A stretch of DNA of 64,000 bases from Spirochaetota bacterium (GCA_024274705.1 JAJSAL010000041.1:1684-65683); one strand, 5' to 3'. Counted from the stretch's first letter, positions 19,682 through 29,591 are shown. Notes: generated from the letters alone by a model not told the origin. Made by a program: numbers and translations.

Positions 19682-20066
19682 AAGATGGGACGTACCTGTT
19701 CTAGAGGCCGGAGAGGGACGCTGCCGTATCCAGGCCAGGATCCTCCCCATGGGAGACCACCTGCTGGTGGCTGTAACCGGGGGTGAAGCCCACATAGGTG
19801 CTGCAGCCCTGGCTGAACCCTATACCAGCCGGAAAGGACCGGGTAATACCGGCGTATCACTTTCTGTTCTCACCCGGACCACTCACAAGGAGGACGCAAT
19901 CGCCCGGGAAATGGCTTTCGGCTTGGCTTCCGCCGGGAAGGTCCCGGTCCTGGTGTGCTGCGGTATTCATGTCGATGACATTACACCGGTTGAAGTAGAG
20001 GAAATAAATCGTAATGCGGACACCCTTCTGGAAAAGATTACCGCGGCGTTGAACAGCAGACCGTAA
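19662..20066 (+). CDS. LpdD-like prenylated-flavin chaperone
   Basis: MG..LLV.VTGG..HIGA, HKED and GIHVDDIT motifs; adjacent to ubiX. Confidence 0.72.
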   Translation: MKRKEPERWDVPVLEAGEGRCRIQARILPMGDHLLVAVTGGEAHIGAAALAEPYTSRKGPGNTGVSLSVLTRTTHKEDAIAREMAFGLASAGKVPVLVCCGIHVDDITPVEVEEINRNADTLLEKITAALNSRP

Positions 20067-20331
20067 CTCCGGTTATATACCGATATGCACCAAGATTGCC
20101 CGTTCTCAATCAGCGCTCTGACACCTTCGATCATCTTTCCGACAAACCTATAACAAATAATTCATCCTCTTCAAAATACGCTTTATCTGGTGTTCGAAAG
20201 AGTGATTCTGGATATGAGGAGTTCAGGATCGGTGCCATTTTGCGAGAAGCAAGGTGAAAAACGAATTGACTCAATTAGAATTGATCATATAAATAATACA
20301 TATTATATTTATCCTATAGCAGGAGGCATTC

Positions 20332-20544
20332 ATGGCTACAAAACCTCTCAGTATCACTATTGATGAAGAACTCTCAGACAAGCTCACTAAGATTGCCGCG
20401 GATACGAATCGAAAAAAAAGTTATTTTGTGAACAAAGCTCTAAAAGAGTATTTCGAAGAAATCGAAGACTATGAGCTCGCCTTTGAACGCAGCGGTGGTA
20501 AATCAACACCGATTAGTAAGGCCAAAGAAGCACTTGACCTTTGA
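20332..20544 (+). CDS. Ribbon-helix-helix antitoxin (RelB/DUF6290-like)
   Basis: LSITIDEEL..KL..IA..T.RKKSYFV..AL..Y.EE.EDY; AGGAGG RBS; upstream of relE-like gene. Confidence 0.82.
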   Translation: MATKPLSITIDEELSDKLTKIAADTNRKKSYFVNKALKEYFEEIEDYELAFERSGGKSTPISKAKEALDL

Positions 20545-20548
20545 TCAG

Positions 20549-20809
20549 ATGTATTCAATCGAAATCGAAAATCGTTGTCTTAAGGAATTGAAAAAACTCG
20601 ATCGTTCAGTAGTGATGCAGGCATTCGAGCTTATCGAAGAAGTGATTGCGAAAGATCCCTATTCCGGGAAAAAGTTAAAAGGGAAATACAGTGGCTTATT
20701 CAGATATCGATTTTCTGACTACAGGATTATCTATGAGATAAGATCGCAAAAATTACTCGTAGTTATACTTAGAATCCGGCATAGAAAAAATGTTTATGAT
20801 GGCTTGTAG
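20549..20809 (+). CDS. RelE/ParE-family toxin
   Basis: KELKKLD, GKKLKG..GLFRYRFSDYRIIYEI and HRK.VY motifs. Confidence 0.88.
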   Translation: MYSIEIENRCLKELKKLDRSVVMQAFELIEEVIAKDPYSGKKLKGKYSGLFRYRFSDYRIIYEIRSQKLLVVILRIRHRKNVYDGL

Positions 20810-21055
20810 AGCATTTTTCGCCAACCCTGAGATTTTGGCGGATGAAATAGAGAAAATCATTAAGAATTCGGAAAACCTTCTGGAAAATATCGATGCTGTT
20901 TTCCATAGGTCGCTGATCCTCTTCCCGATCGCGGTCACTGTCTGTCGCAATATTTCCCTACAATCCAGGTGGTCGTGAATAATAGTGCGAACGTGCATGG
21001 ATACTAACTCAAACTACCAGGATATACGGAACCGTATAGTGATGACTATCAGTTC

Positions 21056-22237
21056 TCACTTTTTAAAGACCTCCTGTCCCCATGAAACTACCAGTATAAT
21101 ATCCGCCGGGCCGGCTCGATGAACAATGGCGGAATGTATATTCCTGGTTCCCCGGAGATTGCTGGAGTTTTTATCCAAAGCAATAAAACTGGCGACTTTT
21201 CCTTTTTCCAGTGATCCCAGCTGATTTTCAAGGTGTAACGAGCGTGCTCCGCCGAGGGTTGCGATGGAAAGTACCTCTTGCGGGGCAACAGCATCGGCGC
21301 GGCGGCTTTCTCCTCTGGCAAGACGGGAAAACCAATCCATCTCGCGAAACATATCAGGGCTGGTAAACATCATGTTGTCCGTACCCAGGGCCAGAGGCAC
21401 CTCCAGTTTTATGAGTTTTCCCAGGGGCGGTATTCCGTCGGCGATAATACAGTTGGTTCGGGGGCAGCAAACGATGGGGATCCGGAGATCCTTGACCCTA
21501 TCCAGGTCTCCGGAAACAGGGTTTGTGAAATGGATAAAAAGATCCGGATGTAACTCCAGGGATCTCTCTACTTCGGATTTTTCCCACGTTTTCAGGCATC
21601 TCTTCTGGGCATTATTTGTTTCCCCAACATGAATAGCCAGTCTTTTCCCTTTTTTATCGTGGAGTTCCTTCAAGGTCGATAGCGCGCTTTCGCTGTAGCC
21701 GGCGATATCTCCGATACCCATCCCGTCAGCCAGCTCGAGAAGCGCGGCAGCTTCGGTCAAATACCTGTCGCTGCCAACGGGACAGTCGGGTTCGCCGAAT
21801 ACAACCGCTTCAATGGGTTTGCTTGCTGCTGCCTCTTTCAGCGCAGCAACACCATCACCCCCCCCCTCACGGAAGTCCGCGAAAGCGGTGATACCGTTTA
21901 TCAATAATTCATCGATGGCGGAGGAGAGACTCTCCTTTAATTCCCGGGCAGATAATTCCCGTAAACAGCGATACTTAAGGCCGTCAGGAGGACTTACCGC
22001 CTCTTCAGTTGGAAGCCCGATTCCCCCATCCTTGACAACGGAATCAGCGATGTGGGTGTGAGCGTCAACAAATGACGGAAATACAAGGGCGCCGCCTAAG
22101 TCCTTCCCTTCGTAAGGACAACCGGACCCGATTTCGACAATCAGATTATCCTCGATAACGAGAAAAGCGTTATCCCGGACCTGCAAAGATGTGCCCTCTA
22201 AAACCGTTACATTGTGATATACAGTCAGCCCTTTCAT
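21056..22237 (-). CDS. Amidohydrolase-family protein (deaminase-like)
   Basis: FVDAHTH, DFREGG, IHVGET, IHFT, CPRTN and LGTDN motifs. Confidence 0.85.
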   Translation of the reverse strand: MKGLTVYHNVTVLEGTSLQVRDNAFLVIEDNLIVEIGSGCPYEGKDLGGALVFPSFVDAHTHIADSVVKDGGIGLPTEEAVSPPDGLKYRCLRELSARELKESLSSAIDELLINGITAFADFREGGGDGVAALKEAAASKPIEAVVFGEPDCPVGSDRYLTEAAALLELADGMGIGDIAGYSESALSTLKELHDKKGKRLAIHVGETNNAQKRCLKTWEKSEVERSLELHPDLFIHFTNPVSGDLDRVKDLRIPIVCCPRTNCIIADGIPPLGKLIKLEVPLALGTDNMMFTSPDMFREMDWFSRLARGESRRADAVAPQEVLSIATLGGARSLHLENQLGSLEKGKVASFIALDKNSSNLRGTRNIHSAIVHRAGPADIILVVSWGQEVFKK

Positions 22238-22248
22238 CCGAACTATGA

Positions 22249-22986
22249 TCAGCTCAGCACCGCTGTAAGCAATTCACTAAGTTCCTTCGTCAGGCTTTCA
22301 ATGATGTCCCGGCCAAGGTCTGCACCGGCCCTCCTGGGATCTCCGATGACCCCTGCGGGGGAAAACTCTTCGGCCTTCCAGGGAAGATGGAGGCGCCTGC
22401 GGGCAAGATCCCCTTTCGGATAGTTCCATGAAGCCGGATAAGCCCCTTTTTTCACTTTCTCCGGATACATGTACAACATCATGGAGGTTTCCACCTCCCC
22501 GGCGTGGAAATCAAGCTCGGCTGCGGTTTTCCGGACCGTCTCGCTTCCGTATATTTCAAACACGTACGGTTTAATACCGCTTTTTTCCCATATGTCCATG
22601 AGGCAGCTGCCAATTACCGACGTGTTTCCCCCGTGGGCGTTTACAATGAGGAGCCGTTTTGCCCCATGCCTTGCCAGGGATTCCGAGATGTCCATGAGAA
22701 CGCCTACCATGGTATTTCTGGACAAGGTGACCGTACCGGGAAACCCGCCGTGTTCAGGACTGCGTCCGTACGGCAGGAAGGGGAGAACCGTAAAGGTCAT
22801 TCTACCTTTCAGTTCCTTTACAAGGTGCTCCAACAAACCGGCGGCTATAAGCGTATCGGTGGATAACGGAAGATGATGACCGTGCTGTTCCAGGGAGCCC
22901 AGGGGAAGGATACAAAAGGCTGTTGATTTCAATACCGCCCCCGCTTCAGGCGAAGTGAGTTCGGAAATGGCGATGGGTTTACTCAT
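22249..22986 (-). CDS. Creatininase/ArfB-family amidohydrolase
   Basis: LPLGSLEQHGHHLPLSTD, SPEH..FPGT, NAHGGN, HAGEVETS and GVIGDP motifs; GGAGG RBS. Confidence 0.9.
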   Translation of the reverse strand: MSKPIAISELTSPEAGAVLKSTAFCILPLGSLEQHGHHLPLSTDTLIAAGLLEHLVKELKGRMTFTVLPFLPYGRSPEHGGFPGTVTLSRNTMVGVLMDISESLARHGAKRLLIVNAHGGNTSVIGSCLMDIWEKSGIKPYVFEIYGSETVRKTAAELDFHAGEVETSMMLYMYPEKVKKGAYPASWNYPKGDLARRRLHLPWKAEEFSPAGVIGDPRRAGADLGRDIIESLTKELSELLTAVLS

Positions 22987-23825
22987 TTGATACCTCCAAA
23001 TGTCAATCCGCTGATGTAATGCTTCTGAAGTATAAGGGAGAGGAGTACAACCGGAAAAACAGCGAATACTCCCATTGCCGCCATGTTTGTCCATCCAACA
23101 CTGAGTTGTCCGAATGTACTCAGCATTCCCAGAGGCAGGGTGGCTGTAGGAGGGGAGGTAAGGGTAAGGGCGAAGAGAAAGTCGTTCCAGGAGAATATAA
23201 AGGTGAAAAGGGTACAGGTAACCAGCCCCGGTTTACTTAAGGGGAGGGCGATTCTCCAGAAAGCCTGAATCGGGGTGCATCCGTCGATAATCGCGGCCTC
23301 CTCCAGATCAACGGGAATACTCTCAAAAACACCCGACATGAGCCAGGCCGTAAACGCCGCGTTATACACCGTATCCAGCAGAATGACAGCCGTTCTTGTA
23401 CCGAATATTCCGAGAGAATGCATGAGCACTCTGAAGGGGAGAACAATGATAACAGGAGGCAGTGCCCTGGTTAACAGGATGAACATCAGGAGAAGATGTA
23501 TCCCTTTGAATTTTAGGCGGGAGAAGGCAAAACCTGCAGGTACGCCGAGCAGAAGTGACAGTGCCATTGTACCAAGGGAAATAGAGATGCTGTTTAATGT
23601 CCACCTGGATATGGGCATAGTTGAAAAAATGTATCTGAAATTTTCCAGAGTGGGCTTAAACAGCAGGCGGGGGGGGAGCGTGAACATCTGTATCTTGGTT
23701 TTCAGGGAGGTTAATGCCAGCCAGAGAACAGGGAAAACAAAAAAACAGATGACTGCAGCGATGGCCAGTATCCGAAGGATATCCACTACCGGGATGCTCC
23801 TTTTTTTATATTGAAGACTTTTCAT
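22983..23825 (-). CDS. Carbohydrate ABC permease (MalG type)
   Basis: EEAAIIDG and FIFSWNDF motifs. Confidence 0.9.
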   Translation of the reverse strand: MKSLQYKKRSIPVVDILRILAIAAVICFFVFPVLWLALTSLKTKIQMFTLPPRLLFKPTLENFRYIFSTMPISRWTLNSISISLGTMALSLLLGVPAGFAFSRLKFKGIHLLLMFILLTRALPPVIIVLPFRVLMHSLGIFGTRTAVILLDTVYNAAFTAWLMSGVFESIPVDLEEAAIIDGCTPIQAFWRIALPLSKPGLVTCTLFTFIFSWNDFLFALTLTSPPTATLPLGMLSTFGQLSVGWTNMAAMGVFAVFPVVLLSLILQKHYISGLTFGGIK

Positions 23826-24721
23826 CTTATACCTCCATATTTTTTGGAGTAAAGAATCTTTATGAAAAGGATACCGGTAACTATCCCGATAAGTAAAATA
23901 ACGTTGGAGAGTGCTGATGCATAACCTATCTCCATATTCTGCATCCCAACCTCGTATATGCGCAGATTGGATACGGTAGTCGCGGTTCCCGGTCCTCCCC
24001 GTGTAATGGCGAATATGATATCGAAGACCTTGAGGCCGTCCAGTGTCCGAATCAGTAATGCCACGGTAAAAGTAGGGCGGAGAAGGGGCACCGTTATATA
24101 CCGGAACAGATGCCACTTCGAAGCGCCGTCTATCCTTCCTGCTTCATACGGTTCAACAGGCAAACTTTTTAAACCCGCCAGAAGGATTATTACCATCATA
24201 GGTGTCCATTCCCAGATATCGACGATAATGACGGCAAAAAGGGCCGTGGACCTCTCAACGGTCAGACCCCGTCCGATGTCTATTCCCAGTTGCCGTAAAT
24301 AGTAACTGATTATTCCCAGGTCGGGATGATACAATGCCTTCCAGACCAGTCCTGCAACTAAAGGTGTAAAAACCGTAGGGATGAGTATAACCGTTCTTAT
24401 AAAATCCATTGCCCTGCTCTCTTTGTTTAACAGGATAGCAATACATAATCCCAAAACGAATTCGCAGAGTACGGAAGAAGTTATAAATATAGCTGTTGTT
24501 ACAAGGGATCCGATAAACTGATCATCCTTCCCGATCATCATATAATTCTGCAGGCCGATGAATTCTTTCGGACTTCCCAGATCATAGTCAAAGAAGCTGA
24601 TATAGATTTCATAAGCAATCGGATACAAAAAAAACAGGATCATATAAAGGGTGATGGGAATGAGGAACATTATTAACGAATTTTTACCATCAAATCTCAG
24701 CCGCTTCTGTAATGTCCGCAT
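23822..24721 (-). CDS. Carbohydrate ABC permease (MalF type)
   Basis: FIGLQNY, YEAGRIDGA and TRGGPG motifs; exact start uncertain (24721-24742). Confidence 0.88.
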   Translation of the reverse strand: MRTLQKRLRFDGKNSLIMFLIPITLYMILFFLYPIAYEIYISFFDYDLGSPKEFIGLQNYMMIGKDDQFIGSLVTTAIFITSSVLCEFVLGLCIAILLNKESRAMDFIRTVILIPTVFTPLVAGLVWKALYHPDLGIISYYLRQLGIDIGRGLTVERSTALFAVIIVDIWEWTPMMVIILLAGLKSLPVEPYEAGRIDGASKWHLFRYITVPLLRPTFTVALLIRTLDGLKVFDIIFAITRGGPGTATTVSNLRIYEVGMQNMEIGYASALSNVILLIGIVTGILFIKILYSKKYGGIR

Positions 24722-24748
24722 TGGCATATCCTTTTTGTTCAAACAGAT

Positions 24749-24783
24749 AAGGACCAGCCGGATAAAAAATCCGGCCGACCCTT
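24749..24783 (-). terminator. Intercistronic stem-loop after the binding-protein gene
   Basis: AAGGGTCGGCCGGAT-TTTTT-ATCCGGCTGGTCCTT (15-bp stem with G-U pairs). Confidence 0.55.
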
Positions 24784-24815
24784 ATGTACTGATTTCTTTT
24801 GTGTTTACGTTTTTG

Positions 24816-26174
24816 TTAAAATAATGCACCGATCTCCTCGGCAGCTTTATCCAGAGCTTCTTTTGCCGTTAATTCGTGTGTTATGGCCTGGTTAATCCGA
24901 AGTCCGAGTATATTCTGGATTTCCGATGCCTGTGGATTCCGGGGCCGGTAATCCCCATCCCCGTTCTCATAGGCTTTCAGCATCTCTTTAAGCCACGGCA
25001 TTTTTCCGTTCAACTCCGGGTCTGTCACGGTGGAACGGCGTATAGGCTGCCCGTCGTTGAGCAACCATTCCTTCTGTGCTTCGGGGCTGGTTATCCATTT
25101 GATATATTCCCAGGCGATTTCCTGTTCTTCCGCCGAAGAATCCGCATTGATGCCGATACCCCAGCCTCCTATACCGTAAAGTGCGTTGACCCCGGGAACG
25201 GTGGGTGTTACTGCCAAACCGGTTTTCCCGGCAACTAACGAGATGGAGGGATCGTCATATCCTGCCCGGGCAATACTCCAACTGGACTGCATAACCGACT
25301 GACCTGTCCGGTACGAGGTTTCCCGGTCATCCCACCAGTATCCTATTGCCCCGGGAGGCGCCCACTTATCAAATATATCAACAAAAAACTCGAGGGAGGC
25401 CAGGCACTCCGGGCTGTTTACAGTAACATTGCCCGATTCATCCACGATTTGACCGCCGAAACCTCTCATATACTCCATCCAGTCCTGGGCTACAGCAGGT
25501 CCCCTGGCGCCGTTTGCCACCAGTCCATACAGGTTCTCATCGGGTCTGGTAAAGAACTCCGCGGCATCTGCCAGTTCATCCATGGTTGTAGGCGGTTTCA
25601 GTTCATACCCGTATTCGGCTTTAAACGCTTTTTGCTCTTCCGGGTCCTCGAAATAGGCTTTATTATAAATAAGATTATTGGCGTAGCCGGACATGGGAAA
25701 AGCGATCACTTTATCTTTCCATGTACCCATGGCCCACATGACAGGTAATATATCATCCGTATTTATTTCCGCCTCATCTCTTTTAATAAGCGATGACAGG
25801 TCAACAGTCCATCCTTTCTCTGCGAACTCACCGGTCCATACAATATCAACCGTAGCCAGGACATACTGGTTCGTATCGGTTGCATAATCCTGAGTGATTT
25901 TCTGCATAAGCTCCACGTACCCGAGGATATCTACTTCCACCCTGGCCCCGGTTTTTTCTTCAAACTGCTCACTCAAAACTTTCATGTAGGGGGCGAACTG
26001 GTCTCCCTGGGCAGCAAGACGGATAACTTTCCCTTCATACGGCTTAGCCGCTGGCGCCGGTTCTTCGGCTTGTACTGCGGGTTTCTCCATGGGTTCTTCC
26101 TGTTTCCCCCCTGCGAATAGTGCAAGGGACATGGTCAGAAAAAGAACCAGAAAAATGATACATGTGTTTTTCAT
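24816..26174 (-). CDS. Carbohydrate ABC solute-binding protein (SBP family 1)
   Basis: Signal peptide LFAGGKQE; FEEKTG, YNK.YF, PPTT.DEL and GGWGIGI motifs; AAGGAG RBS. Confidence 0.9.
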   Translation of the reverse strand: MKNTCIIFLVLFLTMSLALFAGGKQEEPMEKPAVQAEEPAPAAKPYEGKVIRLAAQGDQFAPYMKVLSEQFEEKTGARVEVDILGYVELMQKITQDYATDTNQYVLATVDIVWTGEFAEKGWTVDLSSLIKRDEAEINTDDILPVMWAMGTWKDKVIAFPMSGYANNLIYNKAYFEDPEEQKAFKAEYGYELKPPTTMDELADAAEFFTRPDENLYGLVANGARGPAVAQDWMEYMRGFGGQIVDESGNVTVNSPECLASLEFFVDIFDKWAPPGAIGYWWDDRETSYRTGQSVMQSSWSIARAGYDDPSISLVAGKTGLAVTPTVPGVNALYGIGGWGIGINADSSAEEQEIAWEYIKWITSPEAQKEWLLNDGQPIRRSTVTDPELNGKMPWLKEMLKAYENGDGDYRPRNPQASEIQNILGLRINQAITHELTAKEALDKAAEEIGALF

Positions 26175-26250
26175 TTTAATCTCCTTGAATTTATTGTATT
26201 TTGAATTCCATTTTTTTAATGTTCTCATGTTACATGGTTTTACCTCCTTA

Positions 26251-27285
26251 TTATGTATGCAGCTTTACGACAGCCCTGTAGCTGTCCGGTAGAAGGGCCG
26301 CTTTAAAAGCCTCGTCTATTTCTTCCAGGGAAAAGATGTCGTAGATGAAATCTTTTGTCGGTACAATTCCATAAGAGAGCATCCTGGAAGCCTGGAGAAA
26401 ATCAGATGTTGCCGGACCGGATGACCCGGTTATGACAACTTCCGAGTAGTGAACTGAATTGGGGTCCATGGGCAGTTCCCTGTTCGGGTGAAATGAACCG
26501 TACAGTACGATCCGGCCGGTCTTGCGTACAACGGACAGCCCGGTAACGACGAGGTCCGGCATGTTTGTCGTGATAAAAACAACGTCCGCCCCTTCACCCC
26601 GGGTAAGTTCCTTTACGGTTTCAACAACATCTTCCTGAAACGGATCTATACATATATGAGCTCCGAGTTTTCGTGCAAGACTGCGCCGGGCTTCAACAGG
26701 TTCGATGATAACCGTTCTTGCCCCCTGGAGCAGGGCGAGAATCCCATGGATCTGTCCCATGATGCCTGCACCGAAGATGACAACCGTATCACCTAAGTTG
26801 ATGCCGCTCCGTTTAACGCTGTGAATGCAGCAGGACAGGGGCTCCGTAAATGCGGCATCTTTGAGAGAGATGTCGTTGAATATCGAAAACACCCGCTCCA
26901 CCTGGAGGGTAATATATTGAGCGAGTCCACCGCTTCCGGGTATCCCTTTATATAAACGCTTTTTTGCTTTTCCTGTACACTGATTATCGAGTCCCTGGTA
27001 GCAGTATGAACAGTGACCGCAGTGATCAAGGGTTTTGAAGGCTACTTTGTCACCCACCTTGAAACCGGTTACCGTTTCATCCGGTATCCTTTCGATAATG
27101 CCGGAAGCTTCGTGCCCCGGGATAAAGGGCAGGCCGACGCCGGACAGGCCGGAATAAATTCGTTGCTCCCATGTACAGAGAAGACAGTATTCAATACGGA
27201 TAAGAACTTCTCCGGGTGCCGGTTCCGGTTTGTTAACTTCCTTTACGGTAACAGTTTTCACATCTTCGACAACAGCTGCTTTCAT
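26251..27285 (-). CDS. Zn-dependent medium-chain dehydrogenase (polyol/threonine DH-like)
   Basis: LCT, GHE, CGHCSYC..C, EPLSC and GAGIMG motifs. Confidence 0.9.
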   Translation of the reverse strand: MKAAVVEDVKTVTVKEVNKPEPAPGEVLIRIEYCLLCTWEQRIYSGLSGVGLPFIPGHEASGIIERIPDETVTGFKVGDKVAFKTLDHCGHCSYCYQGLDNQCTGKAKKRLYKGIPGSGGLAQYITLQVERVFSIFNDISLKDAAFTEPLSCCIHSVKRSGINLGDTVVIFGAGIMGQIHGILALLQGARTVIIEPVEARRSLARKLGAHICIDPFQEDVVETVKELTRGEGADVVFITTNMPDLVVTGLSVVRKTGRIVLYGSFHPNRELPMDPNSVHYSEVVITGSSGPATSDFLQASRMLSYGIVPTKDFIYDIFSLEEIDEAFKAALLPDSYRAVVKLHT

Positions 27286-27321
27286 ATACGTTCTCCTTTC
27301 AAGACCCGGGTTTTCATCCGG

Positions 27322-28095
27322 CTATCCAATCAGCCGGAGAGCCTCCTGGTATCCCTTACCCTCATGCACGATACTGACCAGGGCTCTGGTCACGGCTCCG
27401 GGCCTTTCATGCTTCCATATGTTGCGTCCTATAGCCACTCCCGCACTGCCGGCATCGATCGAGCCCCGGACGACCTGGAACAACCCTTGTAAATCCGTTG
27501 TATGGTTTCCTCCCAGGATGACTACCGGGACAAAACACCCTTCGACAATTTCCCTGAACTCTTCCGCTGTACCGGAAAAGGTCGTTTTTATTACGGAAGC
27601 CCCTAATTCCGCGCCGATGCGGGCTGCCAGTTTCACGTTCTCCACCGTATTGGCCGGTTCCGGAGCAAAACCGCCGGGAAGCATTTCTGCAATTAACGGC
27701 ACATCCCATTCACGGCATTTAGCCGCCAGGCAGGCAATGTTTCCCAAAGTTTCCTCCTCGTTCGGAGCACCGGGAAATCCCATGACCGCGACTGCATCGG
27801 CACCGATTTTAAGAGCATCTTCCAGTTGATAAAGTAAGACTCCTCCCGGGTTCTCACTCAATACCGAGCTCCCTCCGTCCAGGCGCAGTATTAAGCCGGT
27901 ACTCTTAAGTTCCTCCCGGTAACACAGGGCGGTACCATAGTTGACGATAAACGCATCGGAGCCTCCCTCTGCAATGGCCCTGATTTTTTCTCCTGTTTTT
28001 TTAAGCTCCGGAAGAACCTGTAATGCGGACCCATGATCTATCGCTACAATTACCGTTTTCCCGTCGTTTCGAAAAATCCTGCTCATCCTACGCAT
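27322..28095 (-). CDS. Class I aldolase, DhnA/LsrF family
   Basis: VAIDHG, ARIGAELGA..IKT, VILGG and G.AIGRNIW motifs. Confidence 0.88.
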   Translation of the reverse strand: MRRMSRIFRNDGKTVIVAIDHGSALQVLPELKKTGEKIRAIAEGGSDAFIVNYGTALCYREELKSTGLILRLDGGSSVLSENPGGVLLYQLEDALKIGADAVAVMGFPGAPNEEETLGNIACLAAKCREWDVPLIAEMLPGGFAPEPANTVENVKLAARIGAELGASVIKTTFSGTAEEFREIVEGCFVPVVILGGNHTTDLQGLFQVVRGSIDAGSAGVAIGRNIWKHERPGAVTRALVSIVHEGKGYQEALRLIG

Positions 28096-29573
28096 TGCTT
28101 TTCCTCTCCTCCTTTAAGTAGAGCTTGAGTGTGAAACGTTGTTTTGAGAAGTTCGTACAGTTTTTTGTATTCCCCAAAGAGCCGGGAATACCAGTCATGT
28201 CTGTTCCGGTCCGGATAAAATGTATCCGTCGATTCAACCCAATGATCCACGAGATCTCCCATTGGACATTTTTCCATGCCGTAAGCGGCAAGCAGGGCAG
28301 AACCAAGCGCAGCCGATGATTTGATCTTCATCGTTCTGTATGTTTTTCCGGTTACATCCGCTTTTATTTGAAGCCAAACCCCGCTCCCGGCACCGCCTCC
28401 TGTTGCCCGGACCGATTCGCCCATTATGCTGCCGTTTGCCCCGAGGATTTCCAGGTTCTGGCGCACTCCGAAAGCGACACCCTGAAGCACAGCCTGTACC
28501 AGCGTGGCTGTGCTGTCCTGTTCCGTCAGACCGGCAAAAACGCCCCGGGCTTTTTCATCCCAGACGGGACTTCGTTCTCCCCTTAAGTAAGGGAGAAACA
28601 GGAGAGGTGTCGGCCTGGCAGTGTCTACCTGTTTCAGGAATTGAGGTAGTGTTGCCCTGCTCCTGCCGGCGACTCGAAGTATCCACTCCAAAGCACCGCC
28701 GGTACTGGACATCATCTGGATCATAATCGATCTGCCTGGAATTATATGAAGATCGTTATTCAGGCTTCCCGTGGACAGGGAAGTCTCTCTTAGATTTTCG
28801 ATTTCTCCGCATAATGAAATACAGGTGGATGTGCCGGTCCCGTCCACTATATCACCTGCTTCTATTGCACCTGCTCCTAAGGCTTCACAATAGGCGTCGA
28901 TCCCCCCTGCCAAGACGGATAATCCATCCGGAAGGCCGCAGCCTTTGCTGAAATCGTTCCCCGTTTTACCCACCTCTTCCCACGGATCGATTACACGGGG
29001 AAAAATTTCAACCGGAACCGGTCTTGGAAGATTCTGTATGGGTTCCCGGTACAGGGGATCCATGAAAAAGGTGATTGTCGATGCAGTCGAGCGGTCTATA
29101 ATACTTTCTCCTGTAAGGAGACGGACAAGATAATCTTTGGGATACAATACTGTGACGCCTTCCTGGAGCAGTTCCGGGGTATTACGAAGGAAATGAAGTA
29201 TTTTGGCTTCGTAACTGGTTCCGTCTTTTTGAAACCCTTTCTCCTGAAGCTTAAGTTCATGCGCCTCTTTTTCAGCGCTGCTGTCCTGCCATGTAATAAC
29301 GTCTGATAAAGGTTCCCCCTGCCGATCGAGAAAAACGATACTGGGACCATGGCCGGCGAGGCAGATTCCCCGGAGGTTTTTACCTTTCTCCGGAGCCTCC
29401 TTGACCATTCTTTCTAAAAGGATGAACAACGTTTCGCGCAGTACTGCGGGCCGTTGTATGCCGGGCCCACCGATGGTTTTCGGATAATCCTGGCGGAACT
29501 CTTCAATCCCCTTTTCGTGCAAGAGCACACCCTTTATACTTCCTGTGCCGACATCAATTCCCAGGTAGATGAT
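28083..29573 (-). CDS. FGGY-family carbohydrate kinase; no ATG/GTG/TTG before the conserved N-terminus
   Basis: Extending the ORF upstream gives IIYLGIDVGTGSIKG; also WQD, GTGTS, FLPYLRGERSP and GGGA motifs. Confidence 0.85.
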   Translation of the reverse strand: MIYLGIDVGTGSIKGVLLHEKGIEEFRQDYPKTIGGPGIQRPAVLRETLFILLERMVKEAPEKGKNLRGICLAGHGPSIVFLDRQGEPLSDVITWQDSSAEKEAHELKLQEKGFQKDGTSYEAKILHFLRNTPELLQEGVTVLYPKDYLVRLLTGESIIDRSTASTITFFMDPLYREPIQNLPRPVPVEIFPRVIDPWEEVGKTGNDFSKGCGLPDGLSVLAGGIDAYCEALGAGAIEAGDIVDGTGTSTCISLCGEIENLRETSLSTGSLNNDLHIIPGRSIMIQMMSSTGGALEWILRVAGRSRATLPQFLKQVDTARPTPLLFLPYLRGERSPVWDEKARGVFAGLTEQDSTATLVQAVLQGVAFGVRQNLEILGANGSIMGESVRATGGGAGSGVWLQIKADVTGKTYRTMKIKSSAALGSALLAAYGMEKCPMGDLVDHWVESTDTFYPDRNRHDWYSRLFGEYKKLYELLKTTFHTQALLKGGEEKQCVG

Positions 29574-29591
29574 TCTTCTCCTTGTTGGTTC

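Noticed and set aside
20753-20998. Short ORFs on both strands downstream of relE
   Set aside because: No RBS or recognisable motif; treated as decayed or spurious
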